Below the pieces are notes generated by a model. It did not search any database and was not told the origin of the DNA. It saw only the letters and a list, made by a program, of their open reading frames with translations. From Verrucomicrobiales bacterium (GTDB lineage Bacteria > Verrucomicrobiota > Verrucomicrobiia > Limisphaerales > UBA1100): DNA of 64,000 bases. The stretch spans positions 52,700 through 116,699 of the forward strand of contig JAYOSV010000003.1 in assembly GCA_038139415.1 (NCBI GenBank). Reading direction: 5' to 3'. A program made the position numbers and the translations under genes. Positions 1 to 9,164 of this stretch are shown in pieces (within the stretch, counting starts at the first letter, position 1; every line of letters starts with the position of its first letter).

Positions 1-95
1 CCGGCCAAGAAGGTAGCAAACCCGGCCAAGAAGGCGGCAAGCCCGGCCAAGAAGGCGGCAAGCCCGGCCAAGAAGGAGGCAAGCCCGGCGAAGGC
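1..95 (+). repeat. 21-bp coding tandem repeat (cccggccaagaaggcggcaag, about 4.5 copies) encoding PGQEGGK
   Basis: Directly visible; runs off the window start. Confidence 0.9.
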
Positions 96-782
96 AAATC
101 TGGGCAGCCTTCGGAAACCGAATCTCAATGGTTGGCTCGCGCCTTGGATCGTTTGGACGCATCCATGAATCAACCGCAACGTTTTGATCGACCCGATCGC
201 CCGGGGAACCCCTCCGACCAGTCAGGTGAGTCAGGCCAACCCGATCAGCAGGCTGGAAAACAACCGGGCCAACCCGGTAATCAAGCAGGGCAGCCCAGCC
301 AACAGACCGGCAATCAACCAGGGCAACCCGGCCAGGGAGGCCAACCCGGCGGTCAGGGTAGTGGCGGCCAGCCCGGAGGCGACCAACCTGGCGGGCAAGG
401 CAGTGCGGCGCAACAAGCGATGGAGGCATTGATGCAGGCGGCGGAGGCGCAGGCCCAAGCCATGGCACAATCCCGCGCCGCCGGTTTGCAGCCTGGCCAG
501 AAGCCGGTGGATAACGGCAAACCCGCTCCCGGAGGCAGTGGCAATATGCCGCCGCAGGAGTTGGTGCAGGCAGGGGATCCTCCGAAGCTAGGGGAGTTGC
601 CGGATCTAAAGCGCATGAGTGCCGAGGACTGGGCCAAGCTTCCGCCCAAGGTGGCAGAGCAATTATTGGAAAGTCAACGCGAGGCCATGTCGCCGGAGTT
701 TCGCCAGCAAATTAACAATTACTTCCGGATCATCGGGGAACGAGGCCGCCGCAATGCCACGCCGCCTGCACCGAAGAAATGA
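1..782 (+). CDS. 5'-truncated large protein, C-terminal part: Gly/Gln/Pro-rich linker plus conserved helical C-terminus
   Basis: Frame is open from base 3 (GQEGSKPGQEGGKP...ESQWLARALD), so the ORF-track start at 132 is internal. Ends W..LPP...SPEFRQQINNYF, a tail typical of large PVC proteins next to prenyltransferase-repeat genes. ATGA overlap with the next gene. Confidence 0.75.
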   Translation, partial: GQEGSKPGQEGGKPGQEGGKPGQEGGKPGEGKSGQPSETESQWLARALDRLDASMNQPQRFDRPDRPGNPSDQSGESGQPDQQAGKQPGQPGNQAGQPSQQTGNQPGQPGQGGQPGGQGSGGQPGGDQPGGQGSAAQQAMEALMQAAEAQAQAMAQSRAAGLQPGQKPVDNGKPAPGGSGNMPPQELVQAGDPPKLGELPDLKRMSAEDWAKLPPKVAEQLLESQREAMSPEFRQQINNYFRIIGERGRRNATPPAPKK

Positions 783-1879
783 GCGCTGCCCTCCTGAACC
801 GCCGCAAATGGTTGCTGGGCATGGGCGCCGTACCGGTCTGTGCTTGGGCTGGAGCGGGAGCGCCTCCGAAGAAGGATCGCGTGGATATCGCCATGGATCG
901 GGGGGCAGGCTTTATCCAGAAAATGCAGGAGGCCAACGGGGCCTTCAACGATCCAAAAGCCCGCGAATCGGCCCGCAACGGTTATGCCATGACGGCTCTG
1001 GGATTGCTATCGTTGGCTTCCATTGGCCACCAGCCATCGGATCCTGGAAAGATTGGATCCTCCATGGGGCGGGCGTTGGATTTTATTTTGCGGAACGATC
1101 CGAGGCGCGGGGAGTATGAGTATTTTGGATCGGACGGTTCACGTATGTACGGCCACGGCATTACCACCCTGTGCCTGACGGAGATGATGGGTATGGCTGT
1201 GAGCAAACGGCAGGAGGCGCGAATCCGGTCCGTGGCGCAAAAAGCAGTCACCCTGATCATGCGCTCGCAACGGGTTCGCAAGAGCAATCCCAAGTACCGA
1301 GGTGGTTGGAGATATACGCCCGATGCGCATGACTCGGATTTATCGATCTCCGTTTGGCAATTGATGACCCTGCGCTCCGCGAAGAACGCGGGGTTGGAAG
1401 TGGGCAAGGAAGCGATCGAGGAGGCGGTACGTTATCTCAAGCGTAGTTACTTTTCCCCGCGCGATGGGCGCGGCATGCCGGTGAACATGCGGAGCGGTTG
1501 CGGTTATTTGCCGGGGCAACCGCCGGAATTTTCCACGGCGGCCGCGGGCCTGTTGAGTTTGCAAGTGTGCGGTGAATACGAATCCCCGGAGGTCAAAGGC
1601 AGCACTGCTTGGCTATCACGTCAGGAAGTCAGCACGCGGCTCCAGTGGTTTTACTACGGCATGTACTACTACGCTCAAGGTATGCAAAAACGCGAACCGG
1701 TTGTGGCCGACAAGGCCAAACAGGTTACCGAGGACGTGCTTCTCAAGCTTCAGCGGGCCGACGGCTCCTGGGATGGCCACGACGGCATGGAACGCAGCGC
1801 AGGCCGCATCTACTGCACGGCTCTGGCAATGCTCAGTCTTTCAGTGAAATATCACTACCTGCCGATTTATCAGCACTGA
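779..1879 (+). CDS. Prenyltransferase/squalene-oxidase repeat (alpha-alpha toroid) protein with Tat-like signal
   Basis: LNRRKWLL twin-arginine; repeats Q..NGAF, GGWRY...DSDLSISVWQLM.LRSA, YYG.YY.AQ, Q..DGSW; MYGHGI.TL.L.E. Confidence 0.85.
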   Translation: MSAALLNRRKWLLGMGAVPVCAWAGAGAPPKKDRVDIAMDRGAGFIQKMQEANGAFNDPKARESARNGYAMTALGLLSLASIGHQPSDPGKIGSSMGRALDFILRNDPRRGEYEYFGSDGSRMYGHGITTLCLTEMMGMAVSKRQEARIRSVAQKAVTLIMRSQRVRKSNPKYRGGWRYTPDAHDSDLSISVWQLMTLRSAKNAGLEVGKEAIEEAVRYLKRSYFSPRDGRGMPVNMRSGCGYLPGQPPEFSTAAAGLLSLQVCGEYESPEVKGSTAWLSRQEVSTRLQWFYYGMYYYAQGMQKREPVVADKAKQVTEDVLLKLQRADGSWDGHDGMERSAGRIYCTALAMLSLSVKYHYLPIYQH

Positions 1880-2046
1880 GCAGTGCTATTCGTTTTCGCC
1901 GGGAATGTCCGGTTTATCCGGCGGTGGTGGCGGGGCATCATTCATCGGGCTGGGTTCTGATTCTCCAGCACAACCGGTAAGCAGGACCATGGAGGTAACA
2001 AGACCTGCAAGAAGTGTGTTTAATCGCATTGCAGTTAAAGCTTTGG

Positions 2047-2838
2047 TTATTTAGTGGGAGGAGTGGGAATAGTTGCCGGAGTTTCCCATTCCTTGTGCCA
2101 GTGCAACGTCCAAAGGTCAGCCAAGGCGACTTCTTCAACATGCGAATCGTTAAACACAACGTTGACGAAGCCCGTGTGGCGATCCAGACAAAAACGGGCC
2201 ATGCTTGATTCATTGCTACCATGGTATGTGGAAGGGGCTTTGTTGGATTCCCGTGGCCAGCCATCTACCCAAATGCTATCGGCCAGCATTGGAGCTTTGA
2301 CGGGTTCGCCCTCAGAAGTTGACTGATAAACTTTGTCAAAATGCACAGAATTGGGTTCGTACATGTCAAAGTGGTTCCATCCATTGAATCCGTAACTTCC
2401 ATCCACGCGTTTACCATTATTCACATCCTTTACCCGATTCCATCCCTGCCAGCATTCCTTGTCATTTCCCCATCGGACGCCATCTCCGCTGCGCACGACT
2501 GTGGACGGACTAACGATAATTGAATCTGCATTACTGGCGTATTTAAAAACTTTATGGTACCAGAAATTGTTTTCAAAGTTTCCCCCTTGAACATAACCCG
2601 GACCATAAGACCGGTTCCGATAACCAGGGTTGACTCCATCATTGTCGCTTGACCACATGTTCAACGCATTTTGAACCTGTTTCAGGTTGGATTTGCTTTT
2701 CAGTTTGTTCGCCTTGGCCTTCGCTTTTGCCAAGGCAGGTAATAGAAGCGAGGCCAGAATGCCAATAATGGCGATTACAACCAATAGTTCAATTAGAGTG
2801 AATGCCTGTTGCTTTGGGTGAATTCTTTTCATGCTCAT
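2047..2838 (-). CDS. Prepilin-type N-terminal cleavage/methylation protein with C-terminal H-X9-D motif
   Basis: AFTLIELLVVIAIIGILASLLLPALAKAK, C-like SNLKQ, C-terminal RHTGFVNVVFNDSHVE. Confidence 0.9.
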   Translation of the reverse strand: MSMKRIHPKQQAFTLIELLVVIAIIGILASLLLPALAKAKAKANKLKSKSNLKQVQNALNMWSSDNDGVNPGYRNRSYGPGYVQGGNFENNFWYHKVFKYASNADSIIVSPSTVVRSGDGVRWGNDKECWQGWNRVKDVNNGKRVDGSYGFNGWNHFDMYEPNSVHFDKVYQSTSEGEPVKAPMLADSIWVDGWPRESNKAPSTYHGSNESSMARFCLDRHTGFVNVVFNDSHVEEVALADLWTLHWHKEWETPATIPTPPTK

Positions 2839-2929
2839 GGATGGCGGGTTGGTAAACTAAAACGATATCCTCAAGCAAGTTTCATGCCCTTAATTTTTTG
2901 AAAAAACTTTGGCTTTTCAGTGCGAAATT

Positions 2930-3043
2930 ATTTCTCGTGACGTTAGTGAAGTGAAATATTGCGCAAAACGTGTGATTTGCGCGCAAATTTCTCGTGACGT
3001 TTGTGAGGTGAAATATTGCGCAAAACTTGTGATTTGCGCGCAA
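2930..3043. repeat. 57-bp direct tandem duplication in the divergent intergenic region
   Basis: 2930-2986 and 2987-3043 differ at 3 positions; each copy contains TTGCGCAA and TTGCGCGCAA palindromes. Confidence 0.95.
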
Positions 3044-3089
3044 TTTTGCGCATTGAATCGGTGAGGGCTTCCTCCTACTTTCGTTGCAC

Positions 3090-4655
3090 ATGGTAGAGGA
3101 CACTTCCCTTTTGAATACGCCGTTGGCGGGGTTGGAAACGGATCGCAAGGCGGATGAGCCTTGTACCATCGTGATTTTTGGAGCGAGTGGTGACCTGACG
3201 GCGCGCAAGTTGATCCCAGCATTGTTCCATCTGTACGAGGAGGGACAGATGCCGGAGTCGTTTCGGGTAGTGGGATTTGCCCGGCGTGAGAAGACCGATG
3301 CGAGTTGGCGCGCCGAAATGCGCGAGGGTCTCGAGCGCTATTCCCGCACCAAGACGGTGGATGATGCTCAGTGGGAACAGTTTGCAGCCAATTTGGCTTA
3401 TCATCAAGGCGACTTGACGGACGCCGAAGCGTACGCAGGTTTGGCTGCCCGGTTAACCGAATACGGCGATGAACGGCTGGCCAATAATCTGGTATTTTAT
3501 CTCGCGATCTCGCCGAGCCTTTTTGGGGAGGTCGTGGATCAACTGCACGCAGCCACGCTCTTGCGGCGTTGGGAGGAAGGCGATTCCTTCTGGCAGCGCG
3601 TGGTGGTGGAGAAACCGTTCGGGCATGATTTGCAGAGCGCCCGCGTGCTGAATAATCATTTGTTGCGGCACGCGCGCGAGCGGCAGATCTTTCGCATTGA
3701 TCATTATCTCGGCAAGGAGACGGTGCAGAACATCATGATGTTCCGGTTTTCGAATGCCATCTTCGAGCAGCTCTGGAGCCGCGAGGCGATTGAGCATGTG
3801 CAAATCACCGTCAGCGAAACCGTCGGCGTGGGCAGTCGCGGTGGATATTTCGAGGAAGCGGGCACAATGCGGGACATGATGCAGAATCATTTGCTGCAAA
3901 TCCTGTCGCTGGTGGCCATGGAGCCTCCGCCTTCTTTGGCTGCGGAGGATGTGCGCGGTGAAAAGGTGAAGGCGCTCAAATCCATTCGCGCCATGACGCC
4001 CGAGAATGTCGCCCAACAGGTCGTGCGCGGCCAATACTTTGCCGGGACCGTGAACGATGAAAACCGCAGCGGCTATCGGCAGGAGGATAAGGTGAACCCG
4101 GAGAGCAACGTGGAAACCTACGTGGCACTCAAGCTCTTCATTGATAACTGGCGCTGGAGCGGCGTGCCGTTTTATTTACGCACGGGCAAGAATCTCCCGC
4201 TGCGCGCCAGCGAGGTGCGAGTGCAGTTTCGTCCCACGCCCAATGTGCTGTTTGCCGCGCAGGGAGATTTGGATTTGCTGCCCAACGCACTGACGCTTCG
4301 GCTACAACCGGATGAAGGCATCTCGCTGCGGTTTAACGGTAAGGTGCCCGGCAACAGCATCAGCGCGCGGCCAGTACGAATGCATTTCGGGTACGACTCG
4401 GAATTCGGCGCTTACACCCCGGAGGCATACGAACGTTTGTTGCTCGAAGCGATGGCGGGCGATGCCACGCTTTTTATCCGGCGCGACGAAGTGGAAACGG
4501 CTTGGCAGATTGTGGATGATATTCGCGCGGGTTGGGGCGGGCAGCCTTTGACCAACCGCGAGTTTTATGCGGCCGGGACATGGGGGCCGATGGCTGCTGA
4601 GGATCTTCTGGCGCAGGACGGCTATGCCTGGCATGACCCGCAACCCGCATCATGA
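3090..4655 (+). CDS. zwf: Glucose-6-phosphate 1-dehydrogenase
   Basis: GASGDL, EKPFG, RIDHYLGKE, RDMMQNH, RWSGVPFYLRTGK motifs; ATG at 3090 preferred to TTG at 3084. Confidence 0.97.
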   Translation: MVEDTSLLNTPLAGLETDRKADEPCTIVIFGASGDLTARKLIPALFHLYEEGQMPESFRVVGFARREKTDASWRAEMREGLERYSRTKTVDDAQWEQFAANLAYHQGDLTDAEAYAGLAARLTEYGDERLANNLVFYLAISPSLFGEVVDQLHAATLLRRWEEGDSFWQRVVVEKPFGHDLQSARVLNNHLLRHARERQIFRIDHYLGKETVQNIMMFRFSNAIFEQLWSREAIEHVQITVSETVGVGSRGGYFEEAGTMRDMMQNHLLQILSLVAMEPPPSLAAEDVRGEKVKALKSIRAMTPENVAQQVVRGQYFAGTVNDENRSGYRQEDKVNPESNVETYVALKLFIDNWRWSGVPFYLRTGKNLPLRASEVRVQFRPTPNVLFAAQGDLDLLPNALTLRLQPDEGISLRFNGKVPGNSISARPVRMHFGYDSEFGAYTPEAYERLLLEAMAGDATLFIRRDEVETAWQIVDDIRAGWGGQPLTNREFYAAGTWGPMAAEDLLAQDGYAWHDPQPAS

Positions 4656-5359
4656 GTCATAGCCTGTATCATTTTGAGGATGCCGAAACCCTAGCCGCGG
4701 CCGCGGCCGAACGATGGCGGGCGGCCTTGTTGGCACGGGATCCGAACCGACCATTCACCGTGGCGTTATCGGGAGGGCGCATTCCCAAAGCCTTGTACAA
4801 GGCCTTTGCCGGCTTGGCCGCGGGAGATTCCCTGGAGGGCGTGCATTTTTTCTGGGGCGACGAACGGGTTGTGCCGCCGACCGATTCGGAGAGTAATTAT
4901 CATCTGGCGGCCGTGCCGTTGTTTCTGGCGTTGAAGATTCCTGAAAGTCAGGTGCATCGTATGGTGACCGAGCGTGATGAGGCGTTTGCCGTGCAACAGG
5001 CGGAGGCGGAACTTTGTCGGGTGGCGGAGCTGAACGAGCAAGGTCAGCCGGAGTTGGACTTGGTGTTTCTCGGCATGGGCGAGGACGGGCACGTGGCGTC
5101 GCTCTTTCCCGAGGACACCGAGGCACTGGAAACGCCGGCCGTGTATCGGGCGGTGACTGGCCCCAAGCCGCCGCCGCGGCGGATCACGCTTGGCTATCCG
5201 GCCTTGGCCGCCGCTCGGGAAGTGTGGGTGCTGGCTTCAGGCGAAGGCAAGAAGGAGGCGTTGCAGGCTTCCTTGGAACCCACTGGTAACACGCCCTTGG
5301 CGCGCGTTTTGCAAAGTCGATCCAACACGGAGATTTTCACGGACTTCGTTTTGGCGTAG
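4652..5359 (+). CDS. pgl: 6-phosphogluconolactonase
   Basis: LSGG, WGDER.VP, SNY, LGMGEDGH.ASLFP, PKPPP.RITL; ATGA overlap with zwf. Confidence 0.95.
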   Translation: MSHSLYHFEDAETLAAAAAERWRAALLARDPNRPFTVALSGGRIPKALYKAFAGLAAGDSLEGVHFFWGDERVVPPTDSESNYHLAAVPLFLALKIPESQVHRMVTERDEAFAVQQAEAELCRVAELNEQGQPELDLVFLGMGEDGHVASLFPEDTEALETPAVYRAVTGPKPPPRRITLGYPALAAAREVWVLASGEGKKEALQASLEPTGNTPLARVLQSRSNTEIFTDFVLA

Positions 5360-5368
5360 GTTTCCGGC

Positions 5369-5656
5369 ATGGACGCCGAGCCCCCGAATACGCCTAGGTC
5401 AACCGACCCCAGCGAGACCGAGATCATCCGCGAATCGCCCCTGCGCAGCGTGCTAAAAGCGGTGAGCTGGCGTGTGCTGGCGACCTTAACGACCATGGTG
5501 ATTGCCTACATCGTGATCGGGGATATCAGTGATGCCCTCAAAATTGGGGCGGTGGAAGTGGTGGCGAAGATGTTGATCTATTATTTTCACGAGCGCGCTT
5601 GGGCACAGATTCCATTGGGCACCGTGCGCCAATGGACAGAGGCAAAGAAAAGTTAA
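5369..5656 (+). CDS. DUF2061-like small membrane protein
   Basis: RS..KA.SWR...T.TT and YYFHER.W motifs. Confidence 0.85.
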   Translation: MDAEPPNTPRSTDPSETEIIRESPLRSVLKAVSWRVLATLTTMVIAYIVIGDISDALKIGAVEVVAKMLIYYFHERAWAQIPLGTVRQWTEAKKS

Positions 5657-5701
5657 TACTCATGGTTTGCCAAAAATATTTCTGTTGGGAGGGCTTTTTT
5701 G

Positions 5702-5903
5702 AAGCGGATGGTCTGGATGGAGGAATATAAGCGGATCTATTTATCCGAAACTAGACTGCACGCAGTTGTTTAACTTGGCGGACGATCCGGCAGAGCTGAA
5801 CGCTCTGACCCGGTCGCCGGTCCGCAAGGTGCGGCTGGACCGGATGTGCCGGAGTTTGAGGCAGTGGTTTCACGATCAAGGCGATCCTCAATTTCTGCAG
5901 TGA
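5702..5903 (+). pseudogene. Decayed 3' remnant of a sulfatase-like gene
   Basis: KRMVWMEEYKRIY, then a +1 shift near 5741, then YPKLDCTQLFNLADDPAELNAL...LDRM...LRQW...GDP, TGA at 5901-5903. Matches the sulfatase C-terminal LF(N/D)L..DP.E..N motif; no upstream body of the gene. Confidence 0.7.
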
Positions 5904-5972
5904 GAATGGCGTTGTCATTGGTTAATTAATGTGGTTTTTATAGGCAACGTCGGGCGCGGCCCGTTGCTTGCC

Positions 5973-6845
5973 ATGATCAATCGTATTCTCGTTTGTCTCG
6001 ATAAATCCACCTACACCGATGCGGCCATTGACTACGCCTGCTGGCTGGCCCGGCATCACGACGCTTCGTTGGAAGGTCTAGTGGTGCTGGATGTGGAGGG
6101 CATTGAGCGGTCTGTGGGTGCTGTGCCGTTGGGTGCGATGAAGTTCGCCAAGACCAGCATTGCGGCTAAGGAGGAAAATTATCATCAGCTGATGGAAACG
6201 TTGCTGGCAAAATTCTCTGAACGCTGCGACGCGGCCGGTGTGCGGCATACGGAATTCGAAATGCAGGGCGAGCCGGCAGAAGCAATTCTGGAGGAGTCCA
6301 ATTACTTTGATTGCGTGGTCGTGGGCTTGCGGACCTTTTTTACCTACGAAAGCGGTGCGGGCAAGGATGGCGAGTACGGCACGGCCGATGATGAGCCGGG
6401 TGATTCGCTGGAGCAGATTATGAAAACCACACTTGCTCCGGTGTTTGCCGTGCCGCTGAACTGGAAGCCGGACGATCATTTCAGCGCGCTGATCGCGCAC
6501 AATGGCAGCCCGCATTCCATGCGCGCGCTGCGGCAGTTTGCGCGGTTGTATGGCCGCACGCAGGTTTCGGTCAGCCTCATGCACTGCACCGACGCGGCGG
6601 ATCAATCCCCGGAGATGCTCGGCAAATCCGCCGGCTTCCTAAGGGCGCACGGATTTGCCAACGTGGAAGTCCGCACCGAATCCGGCGATATCCGGGATGT
6701 GATGTCTGCGGATTATTGCGAACCGTTTGATCTCGTGGTGCTGGGTGCGCATGGCAAGAGCGGTGTGGTGGAATTCTTCACTGGCAGCCTGTGCAAGGAT
6801 TTGATTGAGCGCGGTAATAAACCGTTGCTGATCGCCAACGGCTGA
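5973..6845 (+). CDS. Universal stress protein, two USP domains
   Basis: RILV.LD.S, G.P...I, DLVVLGAHG...GS...L....KPLL; ATG at 5973. Confidence 0.9.
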   Translation: MINRILVCLDKSTYTDAAIDYACWLARHHDASLEGLVVLDVEGIERSVGAVPLGAMKFAKTSIAAKEENYHQLMETLLAKFSERCDAAGVRHTEFEMQGEPAEAILEESNYFDCVVVGLRTFFTYESGAGKDGEYGTADDEPGDSLEQIMKTTLAPVFAVPLNWKPDDHFSALIAHNGSPHSMRALRQFARLYGRTQVSVSLMHCTDAADQSPEMLGKSAGFLRAHGFANVEVRTESGDIRDVMSADYCEPFDLVVLGAHGKSGVVEFFTGSLCKDLIERGNKPLLIANG

Positions 6846-6888
6846 TTTGGCGTTGCCAAATGCCGCGCGCCCGCGACACTAAGGCCGC

Positions 6889-7791
6889 ATGAAATTCGTT
6901 TTTCTTTTTCTCCTGTCCACGCTTGCGGTGGCAGGCGCTGACATTCGCGTGGTGGTTTGGGACGAGCAACAGCCGCGACAAAAGGCGGCGTACGAGAATT
7001 TCCTCGGCAACGCCATTGCCTATCATCTCAAGACCAAGCCTGGCCTGAAGGTGCGTTCGGTGCGGCAGGACGATCCCAATAAAGGCATTGGCGCAGATGT
7101 GTTGGATAACTGCGATGTGCTCATCTGGTGGGGGCACGTGCGGCAGGGGCAAATTACGCCGACTGATTGCAAGCCGATCATCGACCGGATTCAGGCCGGC
7201 AAGCTGGCATTCCTGCCCCTGCACTCAGCACATTGGGCCACTCCGTTTATGGAGGCGATGAATGCGCGTACTAGAGAGGATGTCGCCCGTCTGTTTCCGC
7301 GCAACGCAAAGTCACCCAATCTCAAGGTGGAGTATGTGGCGCCCACCGGCCGGATACCGCCGGCGCGCAATAGTCTGGTGACACCGGCTTATCTGGCTCT
7401 GCAACGGCGCGGCGTGGTGACCACGGTACGTGTGGATTTGCCGAACTGCTGCTTCCCTGCATATCGCGGCGATGGCAAACTCAGCACGATGCACACGCTG
7501 TTACCCGAGCATCCGATCGCCAAGGGGCTGCCGAAGACATGGACAATCGCCAAGACGGAGATGTACGATGAACCGTTTCACGTGCCGCAGCCGGATCAGG
7601 TGGTGTTTAAAGAAACCTTCGCCGGCGGCGAATGGTTCCGCAGCGGGAGCGTGTGGAATCTCGGGAAGGGAAAAGTATTTTACTTCCGACCGGGCCACGA
7701 GACGTATCCGGTCTTCAAGGAAAAGTTCCCACTGCTCGTGATTGAAAATGCCGTGCGTTGGTTGGCGGCGGAATTGCCTGAGGAGAAATAA
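6889..7791 (+). CDS. ThuA-like (trehalose utilisation) protein, secreted
   Basis: Signal peptide; DVLIWWGH, LHSAH, EMYDEPF.VP.PD, WFRSG, FYFRPGHETYP. Confidence 0.85.
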   Translation: MKFVFLFLLSTLAVAGADIRVVVWDEQQPRQKAAYENFLGNAIAYHLKTKPGLKVRSVRQDDPNKGIGADVLDNCDVLIWWGHVRQGQITPTDCKPIIDRIQAGKLAFLPLHSAHWATPFMEAMNARTREDVARLFPRNAKSPNLKVEYVAPTGRIPPARNSLVTPAYLALQRRGVVTTVRVDLPNCCFPAYRGDGKLSTMHTLLPEHPIAKGLPKTWTIAKTEMYDEPFHVPQPDQVVFKETFAGGEWFRSGSVWNLGKGKVFYFRPGHETYPVFKEKFPLLVIENAVRWLAAELPEEK

Positions 7792-8690
7792 TGAAAAAAT
7801 TAATCGCACTCGCAGCAGCGTTGTTGACCGTGGGATGTCACTCGTTGGTCCCCGATGAAAAACTCTATTTGGCTACGCCCCTGACGGCGACCAATTCCTT
7901 TACCACTGGGATCGAGGGACCGGCTTGTGATCGGGCGGGGAATATTTTCGCGGTCAATTTCGCCCAGCAACAAACCATCGGCCGCACCACGCCTGCCGGC
8001 CAGTCGGAGGTGTTTGTCACGCTGCCCAATGACAGCGTGGGGAACGGTATCCGGTTCGATCGCGCCGGACGCATGTATGTGGCCGATTACGAGGGCCACA
8101 ATGTGCTGCGGATTGATCCGGGCACGCGAGCCGTTGAGGTATTGGCGCATGAGCCGAAGATGAATCAACCCAACGACCTCGCCATCGCGCCCAACGGTAC
8201 GCTGTACGCCAGCGATCCGAACTGGGGCGCGAAGACCGGTCAATTGTGGCGAATTGATCCGGACGGCACCACCACGCGGTTGGCGGCGGATATGGGAACG
8301 ACTAATGGCGTGGAGGTGAGCCCGGACGGCAAGCGGTTGTACGTAAACGAAAGTGTGCAGCGCAATGTGTGGGTGTTCGACATTCAGCCGGACGGTGGCG
8401 TGGCCAACAAGCGGCTGCTGCGGCAGTTTCCTGATCATGGCTTTGACGGCATGCGCTGTGATGCGGACGGCAACCTGTACATCACACGCTATGGCAAAGG
8501 CACCGTGGCCGTGCTGTCGCCGGAAGGTGAAGTGCTGCGGGAGATTAATGTGCTGGGCGCGCGCCCAAGTAATCTCTGCTTCGGCGGGCCGGACGGCCGG
8601 ACGGTGTATGTCACCGAAGTAGAACACCGGCGGCTGGTGCAGTTCCGTGCGGAAACACCGGGCGCGGCCTGGACCCGTTGGGAACGCTAG
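7791..8690 (+). CDS. SMP-30/gluconolactonase family protein, probable lipoprotein
   Basis: LTVGC lipobox-like; IEGP, PNDL, NG...SPDG..LYV, DGM..D.DGNLY, SNLCFGG. Confidence 0.9.
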   Translation: MKKLIALAAALLTVGCHSLVPDEKLYLATPLTATNSFTTGIEGPACDRAGNIFAVNFAQQQTIGRTTPAGQSEVFVTLPNDSVGNGIRFDRAGRMYVADYEGHNVLRIDPGTRAVEVLAHEPKMNQPNDLAIAPNGTLYASDPNWGAKTGQLWRIDPDGTTTRLAADMGTTNGVEVSPDGKRLYVNESVQRNVWVFDIQPDGGVANKRLLRQFPDHGFDGMRCDADGNLYITRYGKGTVAVLSPEGEVLREINVLGARPSNLCFGGPDGRTVYVTEVEHRRLVQFRAETPGAAWTRWER

Positions 8691-9061
8691 GCGGCCGGCA
8701 CCGCGGTACACAGCTCGATGCTGTGGCCATCGGGGTCGGTGACGTAAATTTGGAACGCGCCATCGGGCCGCATGCGGCGTTCGTAGTACTCCTCGCTCAG
8801 CGCCTTCAAGTGGGCTTCCCACGCGTCCATATTGTCAATCAACAGCGCGAAATGGTTACTCTTGGGATGCGAATGCACGGGCTGATCGCGTTCGCCAATG
8901 AGATGCAGCTCCTGCGCGGTGCCGAGCTGATACCACGCGCCAGGGAAATCAAACGCCGGCCGCGGGATCGGCTGCAGTTCCAGCACGCGCTCGTAAAACT
9001 CGCAGCTCTTCGCCACATCCTTCACGTGCAACGCCACATGATTCAGCTCCCGATGCTCCAT
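8687..9061 (-). CDS. VOC/glyoxalase family protein
   Basis: LNHVALHV.D....FY..VL, RP.FDFPGAW, HFA, DPDGH.IEL. Confidence 0.9.
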   Translation of the reverse strand: MEHRELNHVALHVKDVAKSCEFYERVLELQPIPRPAFDFPGAWYQLGTAQELHLIGERDQPVHSHPKSNHFALLIDNMDAWEAHLKALSEEYYERRMRPDGAFQIYVTDPDGHSIELCTAVPAA

Positions 9062-9115
9062 GGCCGGAGGCTAATGGATGGAGGAGATGCAAACAACCCA
9101 TTCCGGTTGAGCACC

Positions 9116-9146
9116 AAAAAAGACCCGCCAAATGGCGGGCCTTTTT
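9116..9146. terminator. Intrinsic terminator hairpin (cccgcca-aa-tggcggg) with A/T tracts on both sides
   Basis: Lies about 19 nt downstream of the TAA at 9165 that ends the read-through peroxiredoxin. Confidence 0.8.
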
Positions 9147-9164
9147 AATTTGGTTTGCGGATCG

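Noticed and set aside
2930..3043. 57-bp repeat as a CRISPR array, or the overlapping minus-strand ORFs 2882-3208 and 2917-3222 as genes
   Set aside because: Only two directly abutting copies with no spacers and no cas genes; the ORFs overlap zwf and have no recognisable motifs.
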